A DNA stretch of 64,000 bases from contig ML978121.1 in assembly GCA_010015805.1 (NCBI GenBank), forward strand, positions 62,001-126,000, in the 5' to 3' direction. The position numbers and the translations under genes were made by a program. The notes beneath the pieces are model-generated. The model did not search any database, was not told where the DNA came from, and saw only the letters and a program-made list of their open reading frames with translations. Origin of the DNA: Rhizodiscina lignyota. Its lineage: Eukaryota. Positions 58,134 through 64,000 of this stretch are shown here, one piece after another (position 1 is the first letter of the stretch; every line of letters begins with the position of its first letter).

Positions 58134-60606
58134 ATGGCTTCTACACAGGAAACAGTCCCGTTGACTTCGGGCGAAAATAACAACTCTGCCCACACCAAGC
58201 CTCCAGAGAAGACCCAAAGTGCAACCAAGGCAACCACCTCGAACAAAAACAAAAGCAAAGTGCACAAGAAGCTCAACGCGCCCATGAATGCTTTTGTCTA
58301 CGATCTCTTCCTCTGGCTCCTCTCAATAGTCGTCGACCTCTTCTTCCGCGAAATCCACCCGCGCTCATCATGGAAAATTCCTCGCAAAGGCCCCGTCGTC
58401 TTCGTCGCCGCGCCGCACGCAAACCAGTTCGTGGACCCGCTCATACTTTCGAGGACGATCAGGCTGGAGGCACACAGGCGGGTGGCGTGGTTGATTGCGG
58501 CCGCGAGCATGAAGCGCGAGTTTATTGGCACTGCGGCGGGCTTGATGGGCTCTGTGCCCGTGGGACGGATCCAAGATGAACTGAAAAGCGCAGAGGGGAA
58601 GATATACTTGCCCGACCCGACCAACGACCCGCTATTGATTCGGGGAGTGGGAACGCACTTCGAGAGCCCGCAGTTTGAAGTTGGAGGCACGATAGCGTTG
58701 CCCAAGGTGGATGGAGAGGCGGCGACCGCGGAGATCGTGGAGATTATCAGCAATGAAGAGATCAGGCTAAAACGAAAGTTCAGAGGCCGAAATGGCATGA
58801 AGCAGCTCACGGGTCGAGACGATGTGGACAAGGATGGCAAGCTGACCAACGGCGACGCAAATGGCTCCGCCAAAGGGAATAACGATTTCAAGGGAACGTC
58901 ATTTAAAGTTGCGCCGAAGGTTGACCAGACCGATGTTTATGAGGCAGTGTTTGAGAGGCTAAATAGAGGCGGCTGTATTGGCATCTTTCCAGAAGGCGGA
59001 AGCCACGACAGAACAACTTTGCTGCCGCTGAAAGCCGGTGTTGCAATCATGGCTCTTGGAGCACTTGCACAAGCTCCCCATTCTGGTCTCAAGATCGTCC
59101 CGTGTGGCATGAACTACTTTCACGCGCACAAGTTCAGATCGCGGGCGGTCATCGAGTTTGGCAATGCCATTGAGCTTCCGATGGAGCTCGTGGAGCAGTT
59201 CAGGAAAGGGGGCGAGGACAAGCGGAATGCTGTTGGCGAGACTCTCGATATTGTTTTCGCGGGTCTGAAGGACGTGACAGTCCAGGCGCCTGATTACGAG
59301 ACGTTGATGGTACAGCTCCCCCTTTTTCTTCTTCTTCTTCTGAGAAGCTTACGGCGCATTACAGATGATACAAGCTGTCCGACGCCTTTACCGACCGAAA
59401 GATAAGAAGCTGCCCCTCTCCAGAGTGGTGGAGCTCAACCGTCGACTTGTTTTAGGATATGACAAGTTCAAAAACGACCCAAGAATCATCAGCCTGAAGA
59501 AAGATGTGATTCAGTACAACAAGCAGCTCATGGCCTTGAATATCCGAGACCACCAAGTTGAGTACGCCAAGATGCCCATTATTAAGGTCGTCTTCTTCCT
59601 TTTCTATCGTACAACAAAGTTGCTCCTTCTTTCCATTGGCGTGTTACCTGGACTCATACTCTTCTCTCCTGTGTTCATTGTGGGCAAGGTGATTTCAATC
59701 AGGAAGTCGAAGGAAGCGCTTGCAGCTTCCAGCGTCAAGATTAAAGCTCGTGATGTTGTGGCAACATGGAAGCTACTCGTCGCCATGGCTTTAGCACCAA
59801 CTCTGTATACCCTTTACACCTGCTTACTGGCGTTCATGACGTGGGATAACCGGGTGTGGGGATACGTTCCAGATTACGTTCCTATCTGGACCGTGTTCGT
59901 CTTTGGAATGATCTTCTTCCCCACCATTACGTATGCAGCGCTGCGTTTCGGCGAGATTGGAATGGACATCTTCAAGTCACTTCGACCACTCTTTCTCGCG
60001 CTACAGCCGTCGTCCGGCAACACACTCGTCAAACTGCGAAAGCGTCGGACGGAACTGGCAGCGGATGTCACGGACCTCATCAACACCCTTGGACCTGAGG
60101 TCTTTGAGGACTTTGATACCGCTCGTATCATTGACGATCCGTACAGGACGGGCACAGTCGAGGAGCATGTCAGCAGATACCATCACCGGTATGCCAGCGA
60201 GCCTGATGGCTTTAATGACACGCCTCGCACGCCGACGCACGAGCGTGAGCATAGCGGCTTCTTACAGCTCACGCCAATGAACTCTGGTCGCCATAACATA
60301 CCACACAACGAATCGTTCAGCAATCTGGGTGGGATTGGGCTTTTCGCATCGAGGCCTGGCACGCCGACGAGCAAGCGTGAACGGTCGAGGACGAATTCGA
60401 GCGGCGGCTTCGGGGTGCAGGGCTTCACGACGCTCGATGGGGAGAAGGATGGGTTACCGTTCGATGAAGTCAGCAAGAGGATCAGGGGTGCGATGAAGGA
60501 AAGGGGTGAGAGGAGACGGAGCGGCACGGGCACCAGTGGGTGGGAGCTTGGAAGCGATCCGGGGAGTGAGCCTCCTACCCCGGGAGGCTTGAAGAAGGAA
60601 CTTTGA
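58134..60606 (+). CDS. SCT1: Glycerol-3-phosphate O-acyltransferase (Sct1/Gpt2 family); intron 59310-59364
   Basis: APHANQFVD, IFPEGGSHDR, IVPCGMNYFHAHKFRSR and RDVVATWK motifs. Confidence 0.93.
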
Positions 60607-61656
60607 GCTTTTGCAGTAGCCGGCTCTTGTTAAAAATGTGTTGCTATGCGATGCTTTTGGTTATAGGGGAGCTTGCGGGGAGCTTGTGTCGGGGGAGCAT
60701 GGCGTTTTCATAGCGCGGAGTTGCGCGGTGGCCTTTGCGCGCACGGCACACGACTGTGGCTGGTTCTTCCTCACTCGAAGCTGTCATGCTGCATGTCATG
60801 GAATCACGGGCCTCTTCCTGTAAATTAACATGTGTATGAATGATGATGCGCAATCGTGCGAGCGCGATAGGCAAAAGACATTGCGCAGCTGAGCGAGTGA
60901 GCCTATGAGGGCGCGCTGGAGTTTTCTCAACGGCGCCCGAGAGCGCGCGATGCACATGGCCGCACTGTATAAAGAGAGTCGACGAGATGCCAGCCTCCCT
61001 CGAGGCGCCGGCCGCCTCTAAGCTGTGCGTGGCTGCGTGCAACGCGGCAAGCGGAGGCGTGTCGCGGCCGTCTCCCAATGCCAGCGCGCGCTGCCTGATG
61101 CGACCCCCAGGATGCGTGCAGGCTGCTGCCACCCGATTTCTCGCTGCACTCTCTCGCGCTGGGGCGTGCTTACGATTTGCAGCCAGATCACCCCAACTGC
61201 AGCGAGCTTCTGCATCTTCGCGCGACCAGAGACGACATTGTGCTGTAGTGTGGTTGGCCAAGAGATTGGGAGGAAGCGCTACATATCACCCTGCGAAGTC
61301 AATTGACGCACCATCCCTGGTCGTCGCTGAGACGCTGCAAGCCGCAACCACACGCCCGCCCTCGACCTCCACCAACGTCCCGCCGAAGAGCCTTATAGCG
61401 CCGTCAAAAGTTTCCGGCGAGCGCGAGCTGAAAGTCGACCTTCTCTGACGCATTCGACGCACAGCAGCAACTCACGTAGCGGCGGAGGAGCTTCGGCGCA
61501 ACTGCCTTGCCCACAAGCAAATGGCGTGCCAGACGACGGCGCGTTTTGTGAGGTGAAGAGGTGACGAAGCCTTAGGGCCTGGAGGGCCAGAGAGGATTTT
61601 GATCTCCACGATCTCGAAGACATCTCAGAGCCTCTACCGAACCGAGTCCGACCACC

Positions 61657-64000
61657 ATGTTCTCCTATCTGCGCTCTCACCACAAGCGGACGGGCTCGAC
61701 GCCCACCTCTCCCGATATCCCCGCCCCTCTCCCTCCACCAAAAAGTCCAAATGACCTGCAGCGGGTCCCTTCGCCGGACTTATTCGCTTACTCGCACTTC
61801 CAGCACCAGGGCGATCAGAGCAGTCTGAATGTGCAATCTCCAGTTTCGGAGCACTATACCCCAGTGTCACCGATCCCGCCCATTCTGCCCCCAATTCCGA
61901 GAGTTGCAAGTGCAGTGGACCGACAGAAGTTGGCTTCAAAGAGAAACAGTCTTGAAAGAGCAGTGAACGATGCGAGCGGACAAGTGTACGATGTTGGACA
62001 CCATCGGGGGAAGAGACGGAGCGATGAGAGTTGGCACAGCGAGCAGTCTCAGCAGTGGCAGGAGGATTATAGAACAGGAACGTTGCAGGATCAGACGAAC
62101 CAGATACAGTCATTCCAGAGGATGGAGAGACCGCAGATGAACAGAAGACCACATACCTCTCAATCGTCAATGACAACCGGGCTACGGAGCCGTGGACAGA
62201 GTGCTCAAGTCGGTCAAGGGCTGAGCCCGGGAGCTGGGATGCAGAGAGGTCCTTCGGCTACAACGTCTCCGGTACAGACTCAAGCGTCATTATTCTCTTC
62301 CGTGGAGAATATCTCCTACCAACGGACATTACCTCTCCCTCAGCAACCCTCGGCTCCCGCTTCAGCGTCGTCATTCTATTCAGTCGCTTACGACGAAGCT
62401 CGCTCACACACTCCACCCATCAAGACGAATACACCAGGCAAGCCACCGACACCGCCTCCTCCGGCCAATCTGAAGCAGAAGACAAAGCTCAACTTACGAA
62501 ACCCAATGTCATTGCTTTTGCGAAGGCGCTCCGGACAGCAGCTTGATCCGTTGCAAGTACCCGATGAAGGTCTTCTACTTGCCCTCAACAGAAGCAACCT
62601 ACCAGACGACTACGACCCGCGTATCATCGGGACACGTGTTCACGATTTCAGCGCTCCCAGACCGCCGCCAAAGCGGTTTCACACCACACCAAACCAACCG
62701 GGAATCAACGAGAGTGGAGAATTTATGCTGCGTGTTCACAGCTCTGATGACTCGCAGCGGCAAGAGAGCGAGAGTCCACCAAAGCCGAAGCGAGCACACA
62801 CACCCACTTTCATGGAACACTTCGACGATGACGATAACACCGACAAGGCCGTGAGGGCTGAGGAGTTGGCAAACAAAGACTTTTTGGCTAGAAACTCGTA
62901 CCATCCTCCAGGAGACGATATGGGTGCTCCACTACCTCCATTTGCAAGAGCGGCATCTGGACAGCTGCTCAGTCCGGAACCTGGCCCCGCTATTACCGAA
63001 GAGGACGATGGAGCACATGCAGAAGTCGTACCGGAGCCACCATCGAGAACACCTCCCATTCCACCAGGTCTAGCCGCGGATGTTGCTAATGAAGCTAGTG
63101 TTTCCTCCATTACTGCAACACCGGAGGACAAGACAAAACATGTACAGCCTCCACCATCTGAAGCCAGAGCTCCTTCTTCCGCTTCGCCGCCGCGCCCACG
63201 CCAACGGACTTCTCGCATGAGTAGAGACTCTCTCCCTTCGCATCTCAACAGCACCGCGTCACGATTCAGCTTCCAGTTCGGTGGTCCAGATTCGCAACTC
63301 CAGGAGAAAATTCTCGAGGAGCGGCACAAGGCGAAGCAGGCACAGAGGGATATGGCGACAAAGATGCGCCAGGATGAGGAGGAGTGGGTCGAAGATGACG
63401 ATGGGTATGGCGATTATGATGATGGTGGCATGTACGAGGAGCGCATCCCTGGTGTCAACGCGGATTTCGAGGAGGATGGATTTGATGACGGGTTCAGCCT
63501 GCCTGAGGGAATGAGGCCCATGGGAATGGATCCGTTGGAACCTGTGGGGTTTAGAGAGGATAATCCGCTTGGTGTTGCGGATATCGTCGCTGCGCAGCGC
63601 ATGGCTCTGAGCAGCAATCCCCCAAGTCCCGCTGACTACAGCCCCGCGAGCTTAGATGCTATAAGTCTGCGACTACCCAGCAATGCTTCGGCGAGGCCAA
63701 GCATAGATTTGAAAGGCAGATCTAGCATCGGTTCCAGAAGTGGGGCGAGGTTGGATGGTAGTCTATCTGGTAGCAGGAGTGCGGACAGGAGTAGAGATGT
63801 GTTACCAGAAGCGGAAGAGGAGGAGTCGGATGGTGTGTCTCTTCAGTCTCTTAAGCAAGAGGAAAGCGAGACTCCTGAGATCGATATTGCGGACAACGGC
63901 ATCGGTGGTGTAGCAGAAGATTTAAGCGACGATCTCTACTTCGACGACGGCATCATCGAAGATCCTGGTTACGCAGAGGACGCGCCACATTTCGATGAAT
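61657..64000 (+). CDS. Large low-complexity fungal hypothetical protein; runs off the window end
   Basis: ATG 61657 starts MFSYLRSHHKR. Conserved-looking islands include KLNLRNPMSLLLRRRS, LPDDYDPRIIGTRVHDFSAP and ASRFSFQ. The frame appears open to the window edge. Confidence 0.78.
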   Translation, partial: MFSYLRSHHKRTGSTPTSPDIPAPLPPPKSPNDLQRVPSPDLFAYSHFQHQGDQSSLNVQSPVSEHYTPVSPIPPILPPIPRVASAVDRQKLASKRNSLERAVNDASGQVYDVGHHRGKRRSDESWHSEQSQQWQEDYRTGTLQDQTNQIQSFQRMERPQMNRRPHTSQSSMTTGLRSRGQSAQVGQGLSPGAGMQRGPSATTSPVQTQASLFSSVENISYQRTLPLPQQPSAPASASSFYSVAYDEARSHTPPIKTNTPGKPPTPPPPANLKQKTKLNLRNPMSLLLRRRSGQQLDPLQVPDEGLLLALNRSNLPDDYDPRIIGTRVHDFSAPRPPPKRFHTTPNQPGINESGEFMLRVHSSDDSQRQESESPPKPKRAHTPTFMEHFDDDDNTDKAVRAEELANKDFLARNSYHPPGDDMGAPLPPFARAASGQLLSPEPGPAITEEDDGAHAEVVPEPPSRTPPIPPGLAADVANEASVSSITATPEDKTKHVQPPPSEARAPSSASPPRPRQRTSRMSRDSLPSHLNSTASRFSFQFGGPDSQLQEKILEERHKAKQAQRDMATKMRQDEEEWVEDDDGYGDYDDGGMYEERIPGVNADFEEDGFDDGFSLPEGMRPMGMDPLEPVGFREDNPLGVADIVAAQRMALSSNPPSPADYSPASLDAISLRLPSNASARPSIDLKGRSSIGSRSGARLDGSLSGSRSADRSRDVLPEAEEEESDGVSLQSLKQEESETPEIDIADNGIGGVAEDLSDDLYFDDGIIEDPGYAEDAPHFDE

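Overview
Euchromatic segment of a filamentous ascomycete (Pezizomycotina) genome, judged from short GT-AG introns with CTAAC branch points and fungus-specific families. Core genes (VPS13, EMI1-like, cytosolic HSP70, DUF3429, SER2, GPI18, EglC-type GH17, SCT1/GPT2) alternate with accessory blocks: a T1-type RNase; a Zn2Cys6/SDR/LigB-dioxygenase/MFS cluster; BTB, small secreted Cys-rich, HET, two short RNase H, Zn2Cys6+MFS; and DUF4291, an AAA+ ATPase and a NACHT-N-terminal-like gene. The most striking signal is absent from the ORF track. Four dispersed rDNA-derived segments (18S at ~12.3-12.8 kb, ~50.7 kb and ~56.0-56.6 kb; 28S at ~57.3-57.5 kb) all lie on the minus strand, and three are interrupted by spliceosomal-type introns (GTAYGT/GTAAGT...GCTAAC...CAG; the one at 12.6-12.7 kb has decayed ends). 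Removing the two 18S insertions restores the rRNA sequence. The best-preserved piece shows compensatory base changes in rRNA helices and lies, in sense orientation, just upstream of the NACHT-N-like gene. rRNA identities come from remembered consensus sequences; no search was run. Intron coordinates are predictions read by eye.
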